A stretch of DNA of 32,000 nt from Candidatus Saccharimonas aalborgensis (GCF_000392435.1 NC_021219.1:600001-632000); one strand, 5' to 3'; positions 6,826-15,262 are shown, numbered from the stretch's first letter. The notes: generated by a model not told the origin, from the sequence alone. Made by a program: numbers and translations.

Positions 6826-9579
6826 TTGTTGTTATTGTTCGCGCTACCATTTATCTCCGGATTTGTAGCGCTGTTTTGCGTATCTAATAATATTCACGCC
6901 CTCACCACCATCCCCTACAAGCTAAACTTCCAAGGCCGCCTGACCGATGCTTCTGGTAACCCTATGGCTGCTGGTACCTACAACATGAAATTCCGTATCT
7001 ATGATGCCAGTAGTGGGGGAACCCTAAAGTGGAGTGAGCAACGTGCCAATAGCGCTAGTACTGGTGTTACTGTCACCACTGGCGGTCTGTTCAGTGTCCA
7101 GCTCGGTGATGTATCGAGTCTGCCTGCTAATATCTTTAGTACCACCGACACTGCTACCCTGTACTTTGAGATAGAGCTCCCAACCCCCGCTACAGCTACC
7201 TGTACTGGTGCATCTTGTGAATCCTACACTGAAGGACCTATGACCCCCAGAAACAAACTAGCCTCCAGCGCCTACAGCTTCAACTCCGACCTACTGGATG
7301 GGTTGGATTCGAGTGCTTTTGCGCAGGTAGGGGCAAGTAACACCTGGACGTCTACCAACTTAATCAAGGTTGATAGCGCAACAGCTTTTCAGGTTCAAAA
7401 TGCAGCTGGCTCAACGACGGTTATGAGGGTTGACACGACTGCAAATCGGCTCATGGTTGGCACGCTTGGCACAAGTACTGGCCAACTCTATGTCAGCGGC
7501 AGACTACCAACTGCTTCACTTGGTTCAGTGGCCGTGGGTACGGCGACCCGATCAGTCGCTGTGCAAGGCCGTTATGCTTATACTACAAACTCGACGTCTG
7601 GTGCCCTTAAAGTCTTTGATGTAAGTAACCCAGCAAGCCCAGTCAGTGTTGGCACCATCTCGAGTACTAACGCCTATTTCGTGGCGGTGCAAGGTCGCTA
7701 CGCCTACGTGACAAGTGCAGTTGGTAACACATTAAGCATATATGACGTTAGTAACCCAGCAAGCCCAACGAGTATGGGGTCAGCATCAGTCGCTGGCGCA
7801 TATTCGGTGTATGTGCAAGGTCGCTACGCCTACGTCGGTAGTAACAGCGGCACATTTACCATTGTCGATGTCGGTAATCCGTCCGCACCAATCGTTGCAG
7901 GTTCGCTTAGTATCGGTGCAGGCGCATTGCAGTCAGTCTATATTCAGGGTGTGTATGCCTATATTGTTGATAATACTAACTCAACACTAAACATTGTGAA
8001 TATTAGTAACCCCGCCAGCCTGAGCGTAATAGGCTCACTAGTAATCGGGACGAATATAAAAGCAGTTTCGGTTCAGGGTCGCTATGCCTATATTATTGAC
8101 AATGGCGGTAGCGCACTCAATGTGATTGACGTGAAGAATCCTGCTTCGCCAACCAGCGTCGGCTCAGTTGCGACTGGGTCTTCACCCCAGTCTCTCAGTG
8201 TGCAAGGCCGCTACGTATACGTCACAAACGGAACCGGTAACACTCTCGGTATTTATGATGTATCGACGCCGACCGCTCCTGCTAGTGTTGGAACTGTTGG
8301 TACCGGTAACTTGCCAATCGCCGTGAGCGTTGTTGGTCGCTACGCCTACGTCATTAATTACACGTCCAATACACTCACAACCTATGACGTCGGTGGTGCC
8401 TACGTTCAGCAACTCGAGGCCGGAGGGGCAGAGCTCGGTACGTTGTCTGTCAATGGCAACACGCAGTTGGTGGGTGACGCAATCATTAATGGCGGGCTGA
8501 GTGTTGGGTCGGCAGCGCAGATAAGCGGCGCACTGACAGTTGGGCAAAGTGTGCAGTTTAATGGTGACTTCGGTGTAGGTGGGCGAGTGAATTTGCAGAA
8601 TGTGATCAATTCGACGACGGCCGTGCAGATCAACAATGCCGCTGGAGTAAATTTATTTACGGCTGACACGACTAACTTTACGGTGCAGATAGGACTACTC
8701 GGAACCGATAGTAATGCCGCACTCTTCGTACTCGATTCATACAATCAAGCAACTGACCCAACTGGTTTCAACGGGGCCATGTACTACAACACTAGCCTTA
8801 ACAAGTTTCGCTGCTACCAGAATGGAGCATGGGCAGACTGTATTGGGAGTGGCTCGGGCGCTAGCCTCAGCGCCAATAATACGTGGACAGGAACCAATCT
8901 TTTCAAGACGACTAGCGCAAGTGCTCTCCAAATTCAAAATGCGAGCAGTGCCACTCTTCTGACGGCCGATACAAGCGCAAATCAAGTGGTGATTGGCAGT
9001 ACGAGCGACGGTATCACACTTGGCGCGAGCGGACTCCTCTATGTAGGTACTGGTCGACCGAGCGCTCAAATTACACTTTCGGCAGAGTACCCAGGAGCAA
9101 CGTTCACTGGCGACGGAACTAGCAATAACGGCTCACTTAGCAGCGATTTTTGTTCTGGCTCCTCACGACTCAATATCAACACGGGCGTCTGTGCCGCCAC
9201 AGAGACACATAATTACTATGCTTGGACAACCACCCAAGCGAGTGCACAGGACTACGATGTGTATGCTCGCTACCAGCTACCCAGCGATTACGACACGGGC
9301 AGCCTGACAAATCTTAAGATCTGGGGCTGGGGGACATCAACCACGACCGATCAAGTGACAGTGGCAATGTATGTCGACAGTAGTGGTACGGCGTGCAGTA
9401 CCAGCGGCAATGCAGTGTCAAGTAATGCAACTTGGGTACAAGTGACAGTTGCATCGCCGCTCGGTGCATGTACGCCGGTTGCGGGTGATATGGTGACATT
9501 TAAGGTGCGTGTGGTTGCTGGACAGAATAACTATGCACGTGCGGGAGAAATAAATTTTAGTTATAAGAGGAAATCCTAG
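6826..9579 (+). CDS. large tail-fibre-like surface adhesin with a 7-blade LVIVD beta-propeller
   Basis: Signal peptide [24 protein letters not shown]. The next 148 aa are identical to the 4195 ORF. Seven ~42-aa LVIVD-type repeats follow, then NTWTG-type fibre repeats and a [23 protein letters not shown] motif. The C-terminal beta domain is Cys-rich. The start is uncertain: TTG 6826 is the first classical start, and the frame is open from 6790. Confidence 0.8.
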   Translation: MLLLFALPFISGFVALFCVSNNIHALTTIPYKLNFQGRLTDASGNPMAAGTYNMKFRIYDASSGGTLKWSEQRANSASTGVTVTTGGLFSVQLGDVSSLPANIFSTTDTATLYFEIELPTPATATCTGASCESYTEGPMTPRNKLASSAYSFNSDLLDGLDSSAFAQVGASNTWTSTNLIKVDSATAFQVQNAAGSTTVMRVDTTANRLMVGTLGTSTGQLYVSGRLPTASLGSVAVGTATRSVAVQGRYAYTTNSTSGALKVFDVSNPASPVSVGTISSTNAYFVAVQGRYAYVTSAVGNTLSIYDVSNPASPTSMGSASVAGAYSVYVQGRYAYVGSNSGTFTIVDVGNPSAPIVAGSLSIGAGALQSVYIQGVYAYIVDNTNSTLNIVNISNPASLSVIGSLVIGTNIKAVSVQGRYAYIIDNGGSALNVIDVKNPASPTSVGSVATGSSPQSLSVQGRYVYVTNGTGNTLGIYDVSTPTAPASVGTVGTGNLPIAVSVVGRYAYVINYTSNTLTTYDVGGAYVQQLEAGGAELGTLSVNGNTQLVGDAIINGGLSVGSAAQISGALTVGQSVQFNGDFGVGGRVNLQNVINSTTAVQINNAAGVNLFTADTTNFTVQIGLLGTDSNAALFVLDSYNQATDPTGFNGAMYYNTSLNKFRCYQNGAWADCIGSGSGASLSANNTWTGTNLFKTTSASALQIQNASSATLLTADTSANQVVIGSTSDGITLGASGLLYVGTGRPSAQITLSAEYPGATFTGDGTSNNGSLSSDFCSGSSRLNINTGVCAATETHNYYAWTTTQASAQDYDVYARYQLPSDYDTGSLTNLKIWGWGTSTTTDQVTVAMYVDSSGTACSTSGNAVSSNATWVQVTVASPLGACTPVAGDMVTFKVRVVAGQNNYARAGEINFSYKRKS
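6893..7336 (+). repeat. 444-bp direct repeat, copy 2 (identical to 4289..4732)
   Basis: See copy 1. Identity starts in the last signal-peptide codons (HA|LTT) and ends at GGGGCAA (..AQVGA). Confidence 0.95.
7555..8397 (+). repeat. seven tandem ~126-bp coding repeats (LVIVD blades)
   Basis: The consensus V.VQGRYAY(V/I)....(N/G).[13 protein letters not shown] recurs 7 times. The 23-nt string GTGCAAGGTCGCTACGCCTACGT occurs at 7687-7709 and again at 7813-7835, exactly 126 bp apart. AGTAACCCAGCAAGCCCA also recurs with the same 126-bp spacing, at 7623-7640 and 7749-7766. Confidence 0.85.
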
Positions 9580-9582
9580 ATT

Positions 9583-11982
9583 ATGGTGGCACGTGGATTA
9601 AAATTTGGAGTCCTATTAATGACTGTTACACTGATTTTTTCACTAGTGGTCTCTCGATTTGCGGGTGCGGCTATAAGTTATCGGGCAGCTGGTCTTGGCA
9701 ATAATGCGGGCGGTGCTACCACACTAAATGTCAGCAAACCTAGCGGTGCGCAAGATGGTGATATTTTGATAGCAGTTATCTCGGTTCGTGGTGGAACAAG
9801 TACAACAATCACACCTCCGGCAGGTTGGACGCTAATTAATAGTAATGATAGTACAACGATTTTAAAAAGCTCAGTTTTTTGGAAACAGTCTTCAGCATCT
9901 GACGATAGTATATATACGTTTAGTTTTAATTCGTCACAGAAAGCATCAGGGGTCATATCGGGTTATAGTGGTGTGGATACGGTGTCGTCACCAGTAAATG
10001 CACAAAACAGTCAGGTGAATGCCTCATCAACCTCTATGACGGCTCCAGATGTTACGACTACAGTTACTAATACGATGGTTATTGCCGCTTACAGTACGGC
10101 AACGGGCACCACTATGACTGCCGGAAGTAGTATGTCGTTGCGTGGCCAAGACGCGAGTACTGGCGGATCTGCGGCGACGCGTACAACATCTGGCTTGCAA
10201 GATATCATCCAGCCCACCACCGGCTCTACGGGTACAAAAACCATGACCACTGGCACGGCAGCAGTAAATATTGGTCATACGATTGCGCTTAAGCCAGCGG
10301 CGAGCGTGTCTCAGGTGGGCTATAGGTTTTTTGACAACACAGATAGTACTTCTGTTACAACTGCCATAGCTGCGAAGGATACTGCGGCCTCAGTGAGCTC
10401 GGGAGTACCATTTCGCTTAAGGATAAACTTGGGCGTATCATCGTCCGAAGGCTCGGCACTAGCGGGTCTGACGTACAAGTTACAATACGCGCTGCGGGGC
10501 GCCGATAATTCCTGTGATACATCATTTACCAGTGAGAGTTATGCTGACGTCTTGACGTCTGCAACGCCAGTAAGGTTCTACAACAATGTGACACCATCTA
10601 ACGGTGCAGCCTATTTGACTAATGCCAGCGACCCGACACGCTCTGGTGTCACGGCGGTTGGTCAAACCTATAACGAAGATAATCCCATATCAGTCACAAC
10701 ATCAACTCCAGCTGGTCAAGACATGTTGTGGGATATAGCGCTGATGACTAGTGGCGTTAGCGCAGGTGAGCACTATTGTTTACGTGTTGTGAAAGAGAGT
10801 ACGGGCGCTACTTTGAACGGAGGCTATAGTGTTATACCAGAGGTAGCCATAGTCGCCGCAACGGTCACACAAGCTAACTATCGTTGGTATAGTAATGCTG
10901 ACTCTACAACGCCGGGGAGCGTTCTTGCTGCACAAGACACTGCTGCTTATAGTGTTGCGGCAGGTACACCTATTCGGCTTCGTCAGCGTTTGGCGGTAGA
11001 TACAGCCAGCCTGGGGATAAACCAAGATTTTAAGTTACAGTACGCTGAACGTTCAGGTATCTGTGATACCTCGTTTAGCGGGGAGATGTTTTATGATGTG
11101 AATAATCCCGGAGGAGAAAACCAGTCTGTCACAGCGAATTCTACCATAGTTTCTGAGAATACATCGTACGGGACGTTTAGCTGGACATCACCACAAAATG
11201 CTGCCGGAGAAGACAGCACATATGCGCAGTTAGCAGGGGCAACTACTGGTTCGTACTATTTACAGTCTTCGCAGCATGGATTCAATATTCGGCCTGACGC
11301 TACTATTTCTGGTATTGAGCTGAAAGTTAGGGTGTACTATGAAGGCTATGACGCGTCGGATTCGAATGTTAGATTGGCAAAAGCTGGTATTCCGGTGGGG
11401 ACAAATCACGCGACAAGTGCTTCATTTAGCTACATGAGCCCAGCTTATTATACATATGGCTCACCGACTGATTTATGGGGCACAACTTGGACTCCCAGTG
11501 AGATAAATGATACAAATTTTGGCGGTATGTTTTCTGGGTGGACGAGTGATTCTGTTCCGGTAGGAACGCTGTATGTCGATAACATGCAAATAGTTGTCTA
11601 CTACACCGTTCCCGACATAATTAAGTTTTATGATAACGTAACACCCACAAATGCGGCTTCGATATCTTCTATCGGTAGTGATCCTACAAACGGTGTAAGA
11701 GGTACTATCTATCAAAGCTATCAAGAGGTAAATCTATTTTCAGCTAGTACGGTTGTAGCTGCCGGTAGCGACGGCTTATGGGATTTCGCGCTGGCAACTG
11801 ATTCGTCAGTAGCCGGTAAAACTTATTGCCTCAGAATGGTCAAAAGTGATGGAGGGTTGCTCGATACCTACACGAATATTCCCGAAATCAGTTTTGCATC
11901 AGCAGGCGGGCCAACGCTAGACCAAAAAACGCGCGGTGGCCAAGCTGTGGTCGACGGGGTGAAATCACCATATAGCTTCTAA
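9583..11982 (+). CDS. 799-aa secreted repeat protein, unknown function; duplicated ~180-aa module with a nested insert domain
   Basis: ATG 9583 lies 3 nt after the upstream stop, with AGAGGA 11 nt upstream. Signal peptide LKFGVLLMTVTLIFSLVVSRFAGA. N-terminal domain with GDILIAVISVRGG..ITPPAGWTLI. Modules begin VGYRFFDNTDS (10315) and ANYRWYSNADS (10873). Both end (H/T)YCLR(V/M)VK....IPE(V/I). Confidence 0.7.
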   Translation: MVARGLKFGVLLMTVTLIFSLVVSRFAGAAISYRAAGLGNNAGGATTLNVSKPSGAQDGDILIAVISVRGGTSTTITPPAGWTLINSNDSTTILKSSVFWKQSSASDDSIYTFSFNSSQKASGVISGYSGVDTVSSPVNAQNSQVNASSTSMTAPDVTTTVTNTMVIAAYSTATGTTMTAGSSMSLRGQDASTGGSAATRTTSGLQDIIQPTTGSTGTKTMTTGTAAVNIGHTIALKPAASVSQVGYRFFDNTDSTSVTTAIAAKDTAASVSSGVPFRLRINLGVSSSEGSALAGLTYKLQYALRGADNSCDTSFTSESYADVLTSATPVRFYNNVTPSNGAAYLTNASDPTRSGVTAVGQTYNEDNPISVTTSTPAGQDMLWDIALMTSGVSAGEHYCLRVVKESTGATLNGGYSVIPEVAIVAATVTQANYRWYSNADSTTPGSVLAAQDTAAYSVAAGTPIRLRQRLAVDTASLGINQDFKLQYAERSGICDTSFSGEMFYDVNNPGGENQSVTANSTIVSENTSYGTFSWTSPQNAAGEDSTYAQLAGATTGSYYLQSSQHGFNIRPDATISGIELKVRVYYEGYDASDSNVRLAKAGIPVGTNHATSASFSYMSPAYYTYGSPTDLWGTTWTPSEINDTNFGGMFSGWTSDSVPVGTLYVDNMQIVVYYTVPDIIKFYDNVTPTNAASISSIGSDPTNGVRGTIYQSYQEVNLFSASTVVAAGSDGLWDFALATDSSVAGKTYCLRMVKSDGGLLDTYTNIPEISFASAGGPTLDQKTRGGQAVVDGVKSPYSF

Positions 11983-12034
11983 ACGTAGTAGGGCACTACC
12001 TATGCTCAGCTACTAAGCGTATAATGAAAATACT

Positions 12035-12955
12035 ATGGTACGAGTGATTGATGCGACAGGTTTTGCTCGCGATACGCTGGCCGTTCGCGAAGAAAAGATC
12101 GATGTTGAAACCCAATTTGGGCGGATGATTCTGCATATTTTCAACCCATCAGTTTTTACGCAGCAACGCTATGGCGCACCTGATGTGCTGGTTCCGTATT
12201 CACAGGGATGGGCAGAGGACGAAGCGATGGTGAGGGCGGCTAGTAGTGCGCTTGCCGATGGCGGGAACTTTTTGGTTGCGGGTGTCACATATCCCGACCA
12301 CCGTATTGCAATGTCGGTACGCGACGAGCCTGCCTATCGCCGCGAAGCCTTCATGACCGCGCTTGAAGCGATACTGCAAGAAAAAGGTAGCGATTGGATA
12401 ACAGTGCTGCACGGGTACTCCCGGGGCAATGAAGCGATCATCGATGCTGCTCTGGCAACCCCTGAGTCTGTACAGGGCTTGTCGTTTGCAGGGCCGGCCT
12501 GGCTAACGCCGGGCGAGCGGCCGCATACTATGATGAGCAAAGGTGTGCGCGAAGGTTTATATAGTTTGCGCAAAGAAGATATTCCGGGCAAGATCGGCCT
12601 TGCACAGGCAGCGCTTGGACTCGGCTACTCACTTGTCACACGGCCGCTGGCACTGCGAAACGATGTCGCCGCTATTACCGGTACAGACCCAGCGCTAGTG
12701 GCATCTAAACTACAAAGAGTTACTGACCAAGGTATTCCACTGAGTGTAATGATTGGTTCCGAAGATAATATTTGTCCCGAAGAGGGTATTATGACGGTGG
12801 TGAATGCGATTAAAGTACCAGATACTATGCCACCGATTGATGTAAAGCGGACCAATGTGACGCATTTTGGTTACTACTCTCACGCATGGTCACTAGCAGC
12901 GATTGTGGGGCAGATTGAGTTACTCGCAAGCTATACGCGGAATGGTCAGCCCTAG
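12035..12955 (+). CDS. alpha/beta-fold hydrolase (Ser-Asp-His triad candidates)
   Basis: GxSxG nucleophile elbow in VLHGYSRGNEA. Later Asp (MIGSEDNICP) and His (NVTHFGYY) occur in canonical order. No signal peptide. Confidence 0.55.
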   Translation: MVRVIDATGFARDTLAVREEKIDVETQFGRMILHIFNPSVFTQQRYGAPDVLVPYSQGWAEDEAMVRAASSALADGGNFLVAGVTYPDHRIAMSVRDEPAYRREAFMTALEAILQEKGSDWITVLHGYSRGNEAIIDAALATPESVQGLSFAGPAWLTPGERPHTMMSKGVREGLYSLRKEDIPGKIGLAQAALGLGYSLVTRPLALRNDVAAITGTDPALVASKLQRVTDQGIPLSVMIGSEDNICPEEGIMTVVNAIKVPDTMPPIDVKRTNVTHFGYYSHAWSLAAIVGQIELLASYTRNGQP

Positions 12956-12971
12956 AAAGTGCAATACTTCC

Positions 12972-13856
12972 GTGCCTGAATTGCCAGAGGTTGAAACCGT
13001 CCGTCGTGGCCTAGAAGGGCTTATTGTCGGTCTTAAGATTACTCGTGTGCGCTGCATCGACTCGCCAAAGAGCTTTCCCAATAATCCCGCAGATGTCAGA
13101 GAGTTTCTTTATGGTGCACGGGTCGTGGCAATCCGCCGCCGTGCGAAAGTACTGCTGATTGAGCTAGATAATGACTATACACTAGTGATACACCTCAAAA
13201 TGACTGGACAATTAGTATATCGCGGTGAGCAAGTTTTTGGTGCAGGGCATCCAAACGATTCACTTGTTGGCGAGCTTCCAGATCGGAGTACGCGTGTCGA
13301 CATTACGTTTGATGACGGTTCACACCTCTACTTCAATGATCAGCGTAAATTTGGTTGGATGAAATTGCACCCTACCTTGGAGGTGCCGAATATTGATTTT
13401 ATGCAGCGGGTTGGGCCGGAACCACTCGAAGAAGCGTTTACGAGCAACGAGTTTATTCCACGTGTCCGCCGTCGCAGCAACACGACAATCAAAGCTGCTA
13501 TCCTCGACCAGACGGTGCTAGCAGGAGTTGGCAATATCTACGCCGATGAGTCACTGTGGGGCGCAAAAATCCATCCAGCCACGCGAGTACGTGAGCTAAC
13601 CGATGAGCAATTGGCGCTGCTACTCCATGAGATCAAGTACGTTATGAATCTTAGTATCGAAAAAGGTGGCAGCACCGATCGCAACTATGTGAACGCTGAG
13701 GGTAAGCGGGGAAGTTATATTGATTTTGCTCGTGTGTTTCGCCGCGAAGGACAGTCGTGTCCACGATGTGATACGATCATTAAGAAAACGAGAGTCGCTG
13801 GGCGGGGCACTCACGTATGTCCTCAGTGTCAGCAAGAGCATGGAGATATAGCATAA
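12972..13856 (+). CDS. mutM: formamidopyrimidine-DNA glycosylase (Fpg/MutM)
   Basis: GTG 12972 gives (M)PELPEVETVRRGLE; the catalytic N-terminal Pro requires this start. H2TH region (VLAGVGNIYADESLW) and C-terminal zinc finger CPRC..x16..CPQC are present. Confidence 0.92.
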   Translation: MPELPEVETVRRGLEGLIVGLKITRVRCIDSPKSFPNNPADVREFLYGARVVAIRRRAKVLLIELDNDYTLVIHLKMTGQLVYRGEQVFGAGHPNDSLVGELPDRSTRVDITFDDGSHLYFNDQRKFGWMKLHPTLEVPNIDFMQRVGPEPLEEAFTSNEFIPRVRRRSNTTIKAAILDQTVLAGVGNIYADESLWGAKIHPATRVRELTDEQLALLLHEIKYVMNLSIEKGGSTDRNYVNAEGKRGSYIDFARVFRREGQSCPRCDTIIKKTRVAGRGTHVCPQCQQEHGDIA

Positions 13857-14800
13857 TGATCACACTGATCGTCGGCAAGAATTCCTATCGGTCACAAGAA
13901 TTGGTGCAAAAAATCATCAATTCTTCCTCAGAAATGCCCGAATATATCGATGTTTCTGCACTCGAGATCGGAACTTTGGCGGATGCCGTAAAGGGCACAA
14001 GCTTATTTTCGAACGCACGGTTGATCATTATGAATGGCTTGTCGGAGCGAAAAGAGATGTGGGAAAAGCTTTCCGAATGGGTTGACGACATTTCCGCCGA
14101 TACCACACTTGTCTTGATTGAACCCGCTGTCGATCGACGTACCAAGGCGTATAAAGCGATTGCAGCAGCAGCCACTGTCATGACGGCGGAGCCACTGACA
14201 GACCGTGATCGAATCTCTGCCGAACAATGGCTTCAAACGACAGCTCAGTCGTATGGATTGTCGTTGTCAGCTTCCCAGACCAAGGATATGGTGTCCCGCG
14301 CCCTGGGAGTAGGTGAACGCCCTGGACAGTACACCATTGATCAGCAGCAACTTGTGACGGTGCTCGCAACGCTGAAAGATTCACCTGAAGTAACAGATGA
14401 GTTGATAGCAGCAGTGATGCCGCGTCCGGTAGGTGACTCGGTCTTTAGCCTACTTGAACTTTCCATCAATGGTAATCAAAGCGCGAGGAAGGCCCTGCTG
14501 GAGGACCTGCGTCTCAACGATGATCCATACCGAGTTTTCTCACTTCTCCTCAGTCAGTGGGCGCAGCTCGTTACTGTTGCTCTCGCCGGCACTAAGCGTG
14601 ATGATTTGGCACAGGAAGCGAACATTCACCCTTTCGTGATAAAAAAGATGCAGGCGCTGTCCAGACATATCACGCGCGAGCAATTACACACTATCACTGC
14701 GCTTTGTGCTGAGCTTGATAGTCGAATGAAACTATCGCAAGTTACGCCGTGGGATGCCGTCGAGAGACTACTGTTGGCAGTAGAGTTACGCAGCGACTAG
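13856..14800 (+). CDS. holA: DNA polymerase III delta subunit
   Basis: ATG 13856 overlaps the mutM stop (TAATG). A ~315-aa helical protein beginning MITLIVGKNSYRSQELV with a clamp-loader delta-like layout. It is convergent with rpsT, as in Bacillus (holA-rpsT neighbourhood). Confidence 0.7.
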   Translation: MITLIVGKNSYRSQELVQKIINSSSEMPEYIDVSALEIGTLADAVKGTSLFSNARLIIMNGLSERKEMWEKLSEWVDDISADTTLVLIEPAVDRRTKAYKAIAAAATVMTAEPLTDRDRISAEQWLQTTAQSYGLSLSASQTKDMVSRALGVGERPGQYTIDQQQLVTVLATLKDSPEVTDELIAAVMPRPVGDSVFSLLELSINGNQSARKALLEDLRLNDDPYRVFSLLLSQWAQLVTVALAGTKRDDLAQEANIHPFVIKKMQALSRHITREQLHTITALCAELDSRMKLSQVTPWDAVERLLLAVELRSD

Positions 14801-14829
14801 CGTTGGCAATTGCGGGGAGACGTAAGCTG

Positions 14830-15213
14830 CTATTTTTTTGTAGCAGTTTTCTTGGCGGCAGGTTTCTTGGGGGAAGCTTTTGTTGTCGCAGTCTTCGTAG
14901 CTACAGTTTTTTTCGCGGGAGCAGCTTTTTTTGCGGCTGCCGTAGGAGATTTCTTTTTTGCAGCGAGTGTTACGCCAGCAGACTTTGCTGTTTTGCTGAG
15001 TGCGGCCTTGCGGCGAGCAGCGGTTGCTTTTTTGAGAAGGCCTTTTTTGACGGCCGTATCGATTTCGCTATGAGCGGCAGAAAGAGAGGCGCTCGAAGGA
15101 GCGTTGGTAAACGCTTTTACGGCACCCTTTATATCACGCTTGAGGGTAACATTGCGCTCACGACGTTTTACCGTTTGACGCATACGTTTGATGGCTGATT
15201 TAATGATTGGCAT
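14830..15213 (-). CDS. rpsT: 30S ribosomal protein S20 with a ~44-aa Lys/Ala/Thr/Pro-rich C-terminal extension
   Basis: MPIIKSAIKRMRQTVKRRERN..AARRKAALSK matches the S20 core. AGAGG SD lies 9 nt upstream. The tail is AKKKSPTAAAKKAAPAKKTVATKTATTKASPKKPAAKKTATKK. Confidence 0.9.
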   Translation of the reverse strand: MPIIKSAIKRMRQTVKRRERNVTLKRDIKGAVKAFTNAPSSASLSAAHSEIDTAVKKGLLKKATAARRKAALSKTAKSAGVTLAAKKKSPTAAAKKAAPAKKTVATKTATTKASPKKPAAKKTATKK

Positions 15214-15262
15214 ATGATAATTCCTCTATCTTAATTTGGCTGCTAATTCAATCAAGGGATAA

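Noticed and set aside
4289-7336. Diversity-generating retroelement (template/variable repeat pair)
   Set aside because: The two copies are 100% identical with no adenine-specific differences, and no reverse transcriptase ORF is present in the window.
14827-14846. Hairpin CTGCTA-N8-TAGCAG as a bidirectional terminator between holA and rpsT
   Set aside because: It is only a 6-bp stem and lies over the last rpsT codons. The T-run is part of the Lys-codon tract, so the evidence is insufficient.
14749-15198. Plus-strand ORFs 14749..15198 and 14810..15073 (Phe/Cys/Ala-rich)
   Set aside because: They are antisense shadows of rpsT: the Lys/Ala codons of the S20 tail read as Phe/Ala/Cys on the other strand.
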